Assembly: GCA_041937175.2 (NCBI GenBank)
Contig: CP166615.1
Coordinates: 3,296,001 to 3,360,000 of the forward strand
DNA length: 64,000 nt
Source of the DNA: Limnothrix sp. BL-A-16
GTDB taxonomy: Bacteria > Cyanobacteriota > Cyanobacteriia > CACIAM-69d
Reading direction: 5' to 3'
Both the position numbers and the translations under genes were made by a program. Of the stretch, positions 28,486 through 38,134 are shown one piece after another (the first letter of the stretch is position 1; each line of letters opens with the position of its first letter). A model generated the notes under the pieces. It made no database searches. It was not told the origin of the DNA and saw nothing but the letters and a program-made list of their open reading frames with translations.

Positions 28486-31431
28486 ATGACCGACTCCGCA
28501 AAGACCTTGCTTTTGGTAGATGGCCATTCCTTGGCTTTCCGAGCATTCTATGCCTTCGTAAATGGACGAGATGGCGGCCTGCGCACTTCCACCGGCATTC
28601 CCACCAGCATTTGCTACGGATTTATTAAGGCCCTATTGGACACGATCGCCCTTGAAAAACCCCAAGCGATCGCCCTAGCTTTTGATACTCGCCAGCCCAC
28701 TTTTCGCCACGAGGCCGATGCGACCTACAAGGATGGGCGGCCGGAAACTCCCGTGGAGTTTATTGAAGATATTCAGCACCTCGAAACCCTGTTGGCGGCG
28801 CTGAATTTAACCATTGTCAAAACGCCAGGTTTTGAAGCGGATGACGCGATCGGGACAATCACCCAACAGGGCATCGCGGCGGGCTATCGAGTCAAAATTT
28901 TGAGTGGCGATCGGGACTTATTTCAACTGATTAATGACCAGCAAGGTATCAGCGTTTTGCACCTGGGTGGGCGCGATGTGAAGTCTTCTCGCTACAGCGA
29001 ATATCGTGCGGCCCAAGTGGTGGAAAAATGGGGCGTACGTCCGGATCAGGTGGTGGATTTCAAAGCCCTTTGTGGTGATAAGTCCGATAATATTCCGGGG
29101 GTGAAAGGCATTGGCGAAAAAACCGCCGCCCAGCTTCTGCAAGAGCATGAGTCCTTGGATGGGATTTATCAGGCATTAGATTCCCTGAAAAAATCCGTTA
29201 AAAGCAAATTGGAAGCCGATCGAGAAGCTGCTTACCATTCTCAATTTTTGGCGCAAATTAAATGTGATGTGCCCTTGGATTTGGCCTTAGCAGACTGTGA
29301 ATTAAGTGGGTTCGATCGCGCCGCCCTCACCCCTCTGCTGGAAAAACTGGAACTGAATCAGTTTCTAAAGCAAATTGAGCGCTTGGAAGCTCGATTTGGC
29401 AATGGTCAGTTAACGCTGGGAGCAGAACCAGAGACAGGCAATGAAACGGGTTCTGCGGGCCGATCGCCCCAATTATCCAGGGGTTCACAAACTTCGACCT
29501 TGGAAGCGGAAGATACTTGGTTTTTCAGTGCCGAAGAGACCGATGCACTCAAGGAAAATCCACCGCTACCGGCCGAATTTACCCCAGAAATTATTACTAC
29601 ACCTGATCAATTAGAGGCGCTGGTTGCCGCCCTGTTACGCTGCCAAAACCGTGACTATCCCACCGCTTGGGACACAGAAACCACCGATCTTGATCCTCGC
29701 AAGGCCGCACTGGTAGGAATTGGGGTTTGCTATGGAAATGCGGAACAATTCACGGTGGCCTATATTCCCGTGGGACACAGTACGGGAAAACAGCTCGATC
29801 GATCACTGGTGTTGCAGGCACTGAAACCGATTTTGGAAAGCGAAAACCATCCCAAGGTGCTGCAAAGTGCCAAGTTCGATCGGGCAATTTTGCGCAGCCA
29901 AGGAATTCAACTGGCCGGGGTGATTTTTGACCCAATGCTTGCCAGTTATGTGCTGAATCCAGAAGCCAGCCATAACCTAACCGATTTGGGATTGCGCTAT
30001 TTAGGGATCAGCGCCACCAGCTATCAGGATCTTGTGCCGAAGGGCCAAACCATTGCAGCGGTGAGTATTACTGCCGTTGCCAACTATTGCGGCACGGATG
30101 TTTATAGTGCATTTCATTTAGTTAATATCCTGCGATCACAACTGTCTAGCGAGCAGGATTTGTTGCCACTTTTTGAGCAAGTGGAGCTGCCCCTTGAGCC
30201 GGTTTTAGCGGCCATGGAAGGGCGAGGCATTCGGATTGACACGGCCTATTTGGCGGAATTTTCTAAGCAATTAGAAACAGACCTATTGGCGATCGAACAG
30301 CGGGCCTACGCAGCGGCTGGGGAGACTTTTAATTTAGGTTCGCCCAAGCAGCTCAGTGAATTGTTATTTGGCAAATTGGGTCTTGATCCCAAAAAGTCTC
30401 GCAAAACCAAAACCGGCTATTCCACGGATGCCGCTACCTTGGAAAAGTTAAAGGATGATCATCCCGTGGTGGAAGCGATCGTGGAGCATCGCACCCTAGC
30501 CAAACTGAAGTCTACCTATGTGGACGCGCTGCCGCAGTTGGTTTCGCCCCAAACCGATCGCGTCCATACGGACTTTAATCAAACGGTGACGGCGACGGGT
30601 CGCCTCTCTTCATCCAATCCCAACTTGCAAAATATCCCGATTCGGACGGCCTTTAGTCGGCAAATTCGGCGGGCTTTTTTACCCAAAACGGGCTGGCTGT
30701 TGGCCGCAGCGGACTATTCCCAAATTGAGCTAAGAATTTTGGCCCATTTGAGTCAGGAACCGGTCTTGATTGAAGCCTATCAAACGGGGCGAGATGTCCA
30801 TGCTTTGACCGCACAATTATTGCTCGATCGCCCCGACATTACCCCCGAAGAACGGCGACTGGGAAAAATCATCAACTTTGGGGTGATTTATGGCATGGGG
30901 GCACAACGATTTGCGCGGGAAGCGGGCGTGTCGCGCATGGAAGCCAAGGAATTTATCGATCGCTTTAACCAGCGCTATCCCCAAGTCTTTGAGTATTTGC
31001 AACAAATGCAGCGCGAGGCGATCGCCCTGGGCTATGTGCATACGTTGCTGGGCCGACGGCGCTATTTTCAATTCATGAGTCCCTCGTTGAATCAATTGCG
31101 CGGCTCCGATCCCCAGGCGATCGACCTCGATCGGTTGCGGGTCAATGGTCAAAATGATGCCCAATTGCTGCGGGCGGCGGCCAACGCACCGATTCAGGGT
31201 TCCAGCGCCGACATCATCAAAATTGCCATGATTCAACTTCATCAACGGTTGCAATCTACCCAGGCGGCGTTACTGTTGCAGGTGCATGATGAATTGATCT
31301 TTGAAGTGCCTCCGGAAGAGTGGGACTTTGTGCGAGCAATCATTCAGGAAACCATGGAGTCAGCAGTCACCTTGAGTGTGCCCTTGGCGGTGGAAGTTCA
31401 TGCGGGTCAAAACTGGATGGAAGCGAAATAG
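28486..31431 (+). CDS. polA: DNA polymerase I
   Basis: 5'-3' exonuclease (LVDGHSLAFRAFYA), 3'-5' exonuclease (WDTETT), polymerase motifs ADYSQIELR, KIINFGVIYG, QVHDEL. Confidence 0.98.
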   Translation: MTDSAKTLLLVDGHSLAFRAFYAFVNGRDGGLRTSTGIPTSICYGFIKALLDTIALEKPQAIALAFDTRQPTFRHEADATYKDGRPETPVEFIEDIQHLETLLAALNLTIVKTPGFEADDAIGTITQQGIAAGYRVKILSGDRDLFQLINDQQGISVLHLGGRDVKSSRYSEYRAAQVVEKWGVRPDQVVDFKALCGDKSDNIPGVKGIGEKTAAQLLQEHESLDGIYQALDSLKKSVKSKLEADREAAYHSQFLAQIKCDVPLDLALADCELSGFDRAALTPLLEKLELNQFLKQIERLEARFGNGQLTLGAEPETGNETGSAGRSPQLSRGSQTSTLEAEDTWFFSAEETDALKENPPLPAEFTPEIITTPDQLEALVAALLRCQNRDYPTAWDTETTDLDPRKAALVGIGVCYGNAEQFTVAYIPVGHSTGKQLDRSLVLQALKPILESENHPKVLQSAKFDRAILRSQGIQLAGVIFDPMLASYVLNPEASHNLTDLGLRYLGISATSYQDLVPKGQTIAAVSITAVANYCGTDVYSAFHLVNILRSQLSSEQDLLPLFEQVELPLEPVLAAMEGRGIRIDTAYLAEFSKQLETDLLAIEQRAYAAAGETFNLGSPKQLSELLFGKLGLDPKKSRKTKTGYSTDAATLEKLKDDHPVVEAIVEHRTLAKLKSTYVDALPQLVSPQTDRVHTDFNQTVTATGRLSSSNPNLQNIPIRTAFSRQIRRAFLPKTGWLLAAADYSQIELRILAHLSQEPVLIEAYQTGRDVHALTAQLLLDRPDITPEERRLGKIINFGVIYGMGAQRFAREAGVSRMEAKEFIDRFNQRYPQVFEYLQQMQREAIALGYVHTLLGRRRYFQFMSPSLNQLRGSDPQAIDLDRLRVNGQNDAQLLRAAANAPIQGSSADIIKIAMIQLHQRLQSTQAALLLQVHDELIFEVPPEEWDFVRAIIQETMESAVTLSVPLAVEVHAGQNWMEAK

Positions 31432-31680
31432 CTGATCTGGAATGAGTGATGCAATTAGGGGTAATTTTAAACCTGCTTTACCTAATTTGCTTTCGTCACA
31501 TTCATCAAAAGCTCTCCTTTCATCTCACGAAATTATTGCAATGAGTTGTTAAAATCAGCCTCATTTCCAGCCAATCAAAATTGGCATAGACAGTTACAGA
31601 CTGGCACAAAATTGATGGAGTTCAGTTGAAAACCCCCATAGGATTGAGGCGATCGAGCGAATGCACCTGAAATAACCTGA

Positions 31681-31815
31681 GAGGATGTCTGACAAGCCGC
31701 AATGGCTACCTTGCTGGTGGGTTTCATCAACCGACGAAGACAAGATGCTCAAGCCCCTGACTCCCACAACTGTTGGTGCTTAACCATTGCCCCAAGTTAC
31801 TTCTCAGACATCCTC
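31681..31815. mobile_element. MITE family A (135 bp), IS5/IS1031-like ends
   Basis: TIRs gaggatgtctgacaag / cttctcagacatcctc (15 of 16 match), flanked by a direct TGA duplication (31678-80, 31816-18). Confidence 0.85.
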
Positions 31816-31883
31816 TGAGGTTTGTTAATTTCAGTTGATTCCAACCGATCGAGACAGCAAGCTGCGTCTTTTGTCCTCAACCA

Positions 31884-33038
31884 TTGCTGCGATCGCTTGT
31901 GTTGAATTTTGCGAGCTATTTTTTTGCCCCCGGTGGCTGGGGAACCCATGCCCGATCGCTCGCGGGAGCATTGCACCCGATCGAGCCGATCGCCCTTTGT
32001 GATTGGCAACCTCCCCAACCCCTAGCCGACTGGGAACGGGGCGTGCCGGAACTGTTGGCGGCTGGGCTGCAACCGGCGGCCGATGCGCCCACCTTGGTCA
32101 TTGTGTCTGGGTTGCCGATGCCGCCCTTTCCCGGTTGCTGCCAAATTGGGCTGTTTGTGTGGGAAACCACCCACATTCATCAAAAATTTCAGCAATTGCT
32201 CGATCGGTTCGATTACCTGTGGATGCCGTCCCTTTGGCAACGACAGGTGGCGATCGAGTCCGGGCTTGACCCCCATCGCCTGGCCGTTGTGCCGGAAGGG
32301 GTTGACCCCCAAGTCTTTCAGCCTCACCCCAACCGCCCCTCAGCTTTGAATCGCGACTTGCGACAGCGGCCTTTCCGGTTCCTCTGTGTGGGCAAATGGG
32401 AACGACGCAAGGGCATCGATCTGTTGATTCAAGCCTTTGCCAAGGCCTTTGAACCCCAAGACCCCGTAGAACTGGTGTTGCACGCCCACAACGGCTACAT
32501 TCCCCACTTTGACCTCAAGGGGTCGATCGACTATGCCGCAAAGCTGCTGGGGGCCGAGTCCCATCGCATTTTGCCCAGCTATCCGGCCGGGCGATCGGGC
32601 CTCGTGCAAGTCCTGCAAAAAGCCGATGCCTTTGTGTTGCCCACCCGGGGCGAGGCTTGGGGATTGCCCATTTTGGAAGCCATGGCCTGTGGACTGCCCT
32701 GCATCGTCACGGACTGGAGCGGACTGCGGGCCTATGCCCACCCAGGCAATGCTTATTTGATTCCGGTTAAAAACCTCGTTCCCGTCAATGATCCGCAGTT
32801 TTTTGACCCCAATTTAGACTGGGGCCATTGGGCCGAACCGGACTTGGATGCTCTGGTGGCCCTGATGCGACAGGTTTATCACGATCGGGAAGCGGCCCAA
32901 CGACGCGGGGCGATCGCCCGGGCCGAAGCCGCCAGCCTCTGGACTTGGGAGCAAGCCGCCCACACGGCCCAACAGCAATTGGCCGCCCTGGGATTCCGCC
33001 CCGATCGCTGGCCCCCTTCGGTATCCGCTGCCGCTTAG
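31884..33038 (+). CDS. Glycosyltransferase family 4 (GT-B)
   Basis: WETT, VPEGVD, GKWERRKG, DAFVLPTRGEAWGLPILEAMACG. Start uncertain. Confidence 0.9.
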   Translation: MLRSLVLNFASYFFAPGGWGTHARSLAGALHPIEPIALCDWQPPQPLADWERGVPELLAAGLQPAADAPTLVIVSGLPMPPFPGCCQIGLFVWETTHIHQKFQQLLDRFDYLWMPSLWQRQVAIESGLDPHRLAVVPEGVDPQVFQPHPNRPSALNRDLRQRPFRFLCVGKWERRKGIDLLIQAFAKAFEPQDPVELVLHAHNGYIPHFDLKGSIDYAAKLLGAESHRILPSYPAGRSGLVQVLQKADAFVLPTRGEAWGLPILEAMACGLPCIVTDWSGLRAYAHPGNAYLIPVKNLVPVNDPQFFDPNLDWGHWAEPDLDALVALMRQVYHDREAAQRRGAIARAEAASLWTWEQAAHTAQQQLAALGFRPDRWPPSVSAAA

Positions 33039-33689
33039 GTGGCACTTTTGTGCTCTGATTCAGCAGAAAAGCCAAAATTTCTCCAAAACAGCGGAATTTT
33101 GGTCAAAACTAGAAAGAAATCAAAATCTGCCATTTGTGGCTGAAACTCGCGTTCAGGATCAGCGCTATTTTGTCGTGTCTAGGTATCTAACGCTACTCAT
33201 GCGCTACCCGATCGGGGCGGATTTGCCATCAAACCCAGACCAGCTTTCACCAGATTTTCACCCCTGACCGCTATATCTAAACTCGTCGGTTTTCTCACTG
33301 GTGACTCTATTGAGCCATTGTTGAGCCATTGATGAAACCTCTGGCGAAACCATTGGTTAAGCTGCGGTTCATAACTCAGCTTTCGTTAAGACTCCAGCCC
33401 AGTTTTTAACCGAATCTTTAACCAAAGGTACCGCCAAATCTATCGTAGGGTGTGCCTTGCCTCTCGTGGGCAAACCAATCGCTAATTTTCTAGTTCAAAC
33501 CATCGCAGACAAGATTTGCAAGCTCTTTGCTTCCAAAATTGCTCCTCGATCGTCGTAACAATCGTCGCAACAAGGGTCTGAAGCTTCTTACTGCCGGACA
33601 ACTTGCTAACAGCAGTATCAGGGTTTCAGGTGCTTTGACGATCAACCCTAAACCTCTAAAACACCTAGTCAATATTAATTGTGATTACT

Positions 33690-35357
33690 ATGCAATCCTC
33701 TCCTCTGCAAGTGGCAGACCTATACCCAGTCAGTGACTCGGGACAAAATAAAACCATCCCCCTGATCTATCACCAAAATTTGGTTGCCCTGGCGGATGGT
33801 CAAAATCATATTTTGGAGCTGATCGCCCAAGGCCAACCCTTAGAAACCGTTCTGACAGAATTGGCTTTACTCATTGAAGCCCACACGTCCTGCCAAACTT
33901 TTTGCGCTTTTCTATTACTAGACGCGGAAACCCAGCGATTGCGCCACGGTGCTGCGCCTAGCCTGCCGCCCGACTATAACCAATGCATTGATGGCATCCC
34001 GATCGGGCCGGTGGTGGGATCCTGCGGCACGGCGGCCTATCACAAAGCTTCCGTGATTGTTGAAGATATTGCGACCGATCCGCTGTGGGCTGAATTTCGG
34101 GATTTGGCGATCGGCTTTGGGTTGCGGGCTTGCTGGTCAACGCCCATTTTGTCCTGTGAAGGTCGGGTGTTGGGAACCTTTGCGATGTATAACCCCTTTC
34201 CCCATCGCCCGCATCCCCACGATCGCAAGTTGCTGATTAAGGCAACCTATTTGGCCCGCGTGGCGATCGAACGACACCAAACCGAAAAAGCCCTGCAAGC
34301 GGCGAATGAAGACCTGGAACGACAGGTCACCAAACGCACTCAAGATCTGCAATTGGTTGTGACCCGTTTGCAGCGGGAAATGCAGGAACGGGAGCGCGCC
34401 GAAGAGCAATTGCGCCAACGGACGATCGAACTCGAAGCCACCTTGGATGAGCTAAAAAAAGCTCAACTTTGGATGGTGCAAAGCGAGAAAATGTCTTCTT
34501 TGGGCCAGTTGGTAGCCGGTATGGCCCATGAAATTAATAATCCGGTGAGTTTTATTCATGGCAACTTGAAGCATGTGCAAAGTCACGTGGAGTTGCTGTT
34601 AGGTTGGACAGAAAAACTCCGCGATTGGGCCCAATCTAGTTCTTGCTCCAACCATCCTGAATTGGTGCGGATGATTACTGATTTAGATGAAGAATCGGAT
34701 TTTGAGTTTATTCAGGAAGATTTGCCCAAAATCTTATCTTCTATGAATTTAGGAACCGAGCGAATTCGCCAAATTATTCTTTCCCTTCGCAATTTTTCGC
34801 GAATGGATGAAGCTTGTTATAAACCGGTCAATATTCACGAAGGCATTGACAGCACCTTGGCAATTTTGCAACATCGGATGAAGGCTGCACCCGACCACCC
34901 GGAAATTCAGGTGAAGTGTGATTATGGTGATTTGCCAGAGGTGGAATGCTATGCCAGCAATTTAAATCAGGTCTTTATGAATTTGATTGCCAATGCGATC
35001 GAGGCAATTACTGAAAAATATCAGGCTTGTCCGCTTGGGGCTACAAAAACTAACCCATTAGTTACGGATCAATTTAAGGGTTGCATTGAAATTCAAACGC
35101 GCCTTTTGCAGGGCGATCGGGTACAAATTCAAATTATCGATAATGGGGTGGGGATGCCGGACAGCATCCAATCACAGATTTTTAATCCCTTTTTCACGAC
35201 GAAGCCCGTTGGCAAGGGCACGGGCCTGGGCATGTCCATTAGCTATCAAATTGTGACGGAGCAACACCAGGGCCAGCTTCGGTTTAGCTCTGTGCCAGGC
35301 GAGGGATCAACATTTACGATCGTGATGCCTTTGAAGCAAGAAGGACAACCCACTTAG
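33690..35357 (+). CDS. GAF-domain sensor histidine kinase
   Basis: GAF (GSCGTAAY..RACWSTPI), H-box AHEINNP, N-box, DNGVG, FTTKPVGKGTGLG. Confidence 0.93.
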   Translation: MQSSPLQVADLYPVSDSGQNKTIPLIYHQNLVALADGQNHILELIAQGQPLETVLTELALLIEAHTSCQTFCAFLLLDAETQRLRHGAAPSLPPDYNQCIDGIPIGPVVGSCGTAAYHKASVIVEDIATDPLWAEFRDLAIGFGLRACWSTPILSCEGRVLGTFAMYNPFPHRPHPHDRKLLIKATYLARVAIERHQTEKALQAANEDLERQVTKRTQDLQLVVTRLQREMQERERAEEQLRQRTIELEATLDELKKAQLWMVQSEKMSSLGQLVAGMAHEINNPVSFIHGNLKHVQSHVELLLGWTEKLRDWAQSSSCSNHPELVRMITDLDEESDFEFIQEDLPKILSSMNLGTERIRQIILSLRNFSRMDEACYKPVNIHEGIDSTLAILQHRMKAAPDHPEIQVKCDYGDLPEVECYASNLNQVFMNLIANAIEAITEKYQACPLGATKTNPLVTDQFKGCIEIQTRLLQGDRVQIQIIDNGVGMPDSIQSQIFNPFFTTKPVGKGTGLGMSISYQIVTEQHQGQLRFSSVPGEGSTFTIVMPLKQEGQPT

Positions 35358-35632
35358 AGGATGTCTGAAAAGCCAAAATTGCTACTCTGTCCGCTTCAGT
35401 GATCGACGTAGACAAGGGGCTTAGGGCCTGTCGTCATTATTTCGAGGTGATGCTGAAACAGTTGATCTTCCATGCCCTAGTCGTCGCAACAAGGGGCTTA
35501 AGCCCCTTGTCCCCCACGATCCGCTAACGGCAGATCTAGGGTTTCGTGCTCAACGACGACAGGCCCTAAGCCCCTTACCCCTACAACTATTGGTGCTTGG
35601 CACGGGCCGAAAGATACTTTCCAAACATCCTC
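35357..35632. mobile_element. MITE family A copy interrupted by a family B MITE
   Basis: TIRs gaggatgtctgaaaag / ctttccaaacatcctc with a TTA duplication (35354-56, 35633-35). Length without the insert is about 131 bp, close to the 135-bp copy. Confidence 0.85.
35424..35566. mobile_element. MITE family B (143 bp), nested
   Basis: Perfect 12-bp TIR gggcctgtcgtc / gacgacaggccc with a TA duplication that splits ggggctTAagcccc. Confidence 0.85.
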
Positions 35633-35733
35633 TTAGTCATGGGGTTTGTTCGGGTCGCCAAGGCAGAGCACAGATCTTAGGTTTACAATAGGAGCCTCAC
35701 CCAAGATAGACTCGTTACCCAGTCCATTACGCT

Positions 35734-36162
35734 ATGCCCGAGCCAGCCTCTTCATTAATCGCTTTCATTCAGCGGTGGCAAGCATCAAGCGGCAATGAAC
35801 GGGGCAACTATCAGCTTTTTTTGAGCGAGTGGTGCGATCTGTTGGGGGTGGCGCGGCCCAATCCGAAGGGGGCGATCGCGGGGGATCCCTATTGTTTCGA
35901 TCGGGATGTGACGATCTATCACCCCAGCGGCAAAAAGAGCGCGGGATTTATTAATCTCTACAAAGAAAATTGCTTCATTTTGGAAGCGAAACAGGGCGGC
36001 GTGAGCGGCGGCAAAGTGGGCACGGCTAAGCGCGGCACGGAAACCTATCGCAAGGCAATGCGGGGAGCCTTTAACCAGGCCGTTTCCTATGCACGAACGT
36101 TCAAAAATCGCCCGCCGTTTCTGATCACTTGCAACATTGGCGAGGGCCGCCAAATATTTTAA
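35734..36162 (+). pseudogene. N-terminal fragment of an MmeI-like (Type IIL/IIG) restriction-modification enzyme
   Basis: FIQRWQASSGNERGNYQLFLSEWCDLLGV..GFINLYKENCFILEAKQG..QAVSYA..PPFLITC. It ends after 142 aa, before any methyltransferase domain. Confidence 0.82.
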
Positions 36163-36198
36163 GTAACTTATTCAATTATCTTGGGAACTTACTGAAAA

Positions 36199-36861
36199 AT
36201 GCTGACCCTAACTTTAGATGCCTTGAAGCTAGAAGCAAAGAACTTCGCAATTTTAGAAAGCCAACATTCTGATCAAGATTTGTATGGAGTTGATAATGGA
36301 AAGTCAGTAGGAACCTATATCGAGCACAAGTTTCAAGATTATCTAAAAAATAAAAGCTATAAATTCAACACAGGCAACTCTGCTCTCGGCATTGATTTAC
36401 CGGAGCTTGAGGTTGACATCAAGGTGACTAGCATTCGCCAACCCCAGTCATCCTGTCCTTTCAGATCAGCACGACAAAAAGTTTATGGGCTTGGCTATAG
36501 TATATTACTCTTTGTTTATCAAAAGTACGATGATCACCAGCTTCAGTCCAGCACTTTAAAGATTCATAGATCTCTCTTTATCAATTCAGAATATACGGCA
36601 GATTATCAATTGACTCGATCTCTGCGTTCTATTCTTGACAATGATGGCAATGTAGATGACATAATGGCTCATTTAATAGATCGACATTTGCCAGTAGATG
36701 AAATTGGAGCTTTATTACTTGCAGAAGAAATTTATCGAAATCCACCCAAACAAGGATTTTTGACTATTTCTAATGCGCTTCAATGGAGATTGCAATATGC
36801 TAGAGCTATTCAAATAGCAGAAGAGGAAACTGGATTAGAATGTCTGTACAAAAATGATTAA
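36199..36861 (+). CDS. Type II restriction endonuclease, NspV-like
   Basis: 220 aa: LYGVDNGKSVGTYIEHKF..GIDLPELEVDIKVTSIRQPQSSCPFRSARQK..LTISNALQWRLQY, matching my recollection of R.NspV. Contains a PD-(D/E)xK-type ID..DIK motif. Confidence 0.8.
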   Translation: MLTLTLDALKLEAKNFAILESQHSDQDLYGVDNGKSVGTYIEHKFQDYLKNKSYKFNTGNSALGIDLPELEVDIKVTSIRQPQSSCPFRSARQKVYGLGYSILLFVYQKYDDHQLQSSTLKIHRSLFINSEYTADYQLTRSLRSILDNDGNVDDIMAHLIDRHLPVDEIGALLLAEEIYRNPPKQGFLTISNALQWRLQYARAIQIAEEETGLECLYKND

Positions 36862-36891
36862 CTTCTCACTTAAAAACAGTAAAATCTTTTT

Positions 36892-38043
36892 ATGAAAAGC
36901 TGGAAAACTGTCGAACTTTTTTGTGGCATCGGAGGCTTTCGGATCGCTGCTGATGCGCTGAACATTGAAACAGTGTGGGCAAACGATATAAGCGACCTAG
37001 CCAAGAGTGTTTACATTGCCAACTTTGGAAAAGAACATTTTCATTACGGTGATATTCAAAATCTTATTCAGACCATTCCTCAGCATGATATTTTGACTGC
37101 TGGATTTCCATGTCAGCCATTTTCAAGTGCAGGAAAAAAAAAGGGAACCAGTGAACCTCGAGGAACACTATTTTCTGAAATCGTTAAAATTCTAAAGCTT
37201 AACAATCCAAGGTTTTTTGTATTGGAGAATGTCAAGCGATTGCTTTCAATGGATTCTGGAAAGCACTTTGCTACGATTCTCAGCGCACTAACCGAATGTG
37301 GATATTGTGTGGAATGGCGGGTTGTCAATGCACGCTGGTTTGGACTGCCACAACATCGTGAGCGTATAGTTATCATTGGATGGAAAGATCCAGTACTTCG
37401 GTCGTATTTTTACCACAACAGGGACAAAATTCAAGAAGAATCCATAGGATCAGTCAAAATTCGACAATCATTAATTCATAGGATTGCTGAACATCATTGG
37501 AAGTTTAGCTCTTGGGGATTGGCTTGGGAGGAATGGGCAATTGATCAAGAGCTAGACGATCCACTATGTTCGATCTTCTCCAATGCCAAATTGCATGATG
37601 TCTTGGAAAAAGATCCACTACCTGAATTTTTTTTCACAGAAGATACCTTGAAGAGAATTGAAGATAGTGATCCCGTCAATCGCTATTTCAATGGGGTTGA
37701 AATTTTGTATAACCAAAGGGGTGGCGCTCGCATGGGCTATTCAATTTTTGGAGTTAATGGTGTTGCTCCAACATTGACTAGTACAACAAGCCGCCATTAT
37801 GAAAGGTATAGAGTTGGCAATGAATATCGCCGCTTAACGAATATTGAGTATGCACGCTTGCAAGGATTTCCTGATCATCATTGTGATGCTGTTTCTCCGT
37901 ACCACCAATATGCTTTGTTCGGAAATGCTGTTCCACCTTGTCTAGTTCAGTGGGTCATGAGTCAGTTGATTAATAATTGCTATTTTCCCATTGAAATTAC
38001 TCAGGAATCTTTAGGAAAACAGATGGAATTATCCTTCTTCTAA
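36892..38043 (+). CDS. DNA (cytosine-5)-methyltransferase
   Basis: Motifs I ELFCGIGG, IV GFPCQPFS, VI LENV, VIII PQHRER, IX RRLT..ARLQGFP, X FGNAV. Confidence 0.96.
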   Translation: MKSWKTVELFCGIGGFRIAADALNIETVWANDISDLAKSVYIANFGKEHFHYGDIQNLIQTIPQHDILTAGFPCQPFSSAGKKKGTSEPRGTLFSEIVKILKLNNPRFFVLENVKRLLSMDSGKHFATILSALTECGYCVEWRVVNARWFGLPQHRERIVIIGWKDPVLRSYFYHNRDKIQEESIGSVKIRQSLIHRIAEHHWKFSSWGLAWEEWAIDQELDDPLCSIFSNAKLHDVLEKDPLPEFFFTEDTLKRIEDSDPVNRYFNGVEILYNQRGGARMGYSIFGVNGVAPTLTSTTSRHYERYRVGNEYRRLTNIEYARLQGFPDHHCDAVSPYHQYALFGNAVPPCLVQWVMSQLINNCYFPIEITQESLGKQMELSFF

Positions 38044-38045
38044 GG

Positions 38046-38098
38046 ATGGAACTGAACGCCGATCGCGCCGAAGAAGAACACAACGATCACGTTCGCTG
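38046..38098 (+). pseudogene. Short C-terminal remnant of the MmeI-like gene
   Basis: Translates as ELNADRAEEEHNDHVR, similar to the LNAERAEEERNG.IRW segment near the C-terminus of MmeI-like enzymes. GC content and CGATCG sites resume here. Confidence 0.6.
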
Positions 38099-38134
38099 TG
38101 ACTCAAGATCCTTCGCGCTGCGCGATCGACCATC

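Noticed and set aside
33445..33520. GGGCAAACC upstream of the GAF kinase, suggesting a c-di-GMP-I riboswitch
   Set aside because: The following GAAA tetraloop stem and GACGCAAAG elements are missing.
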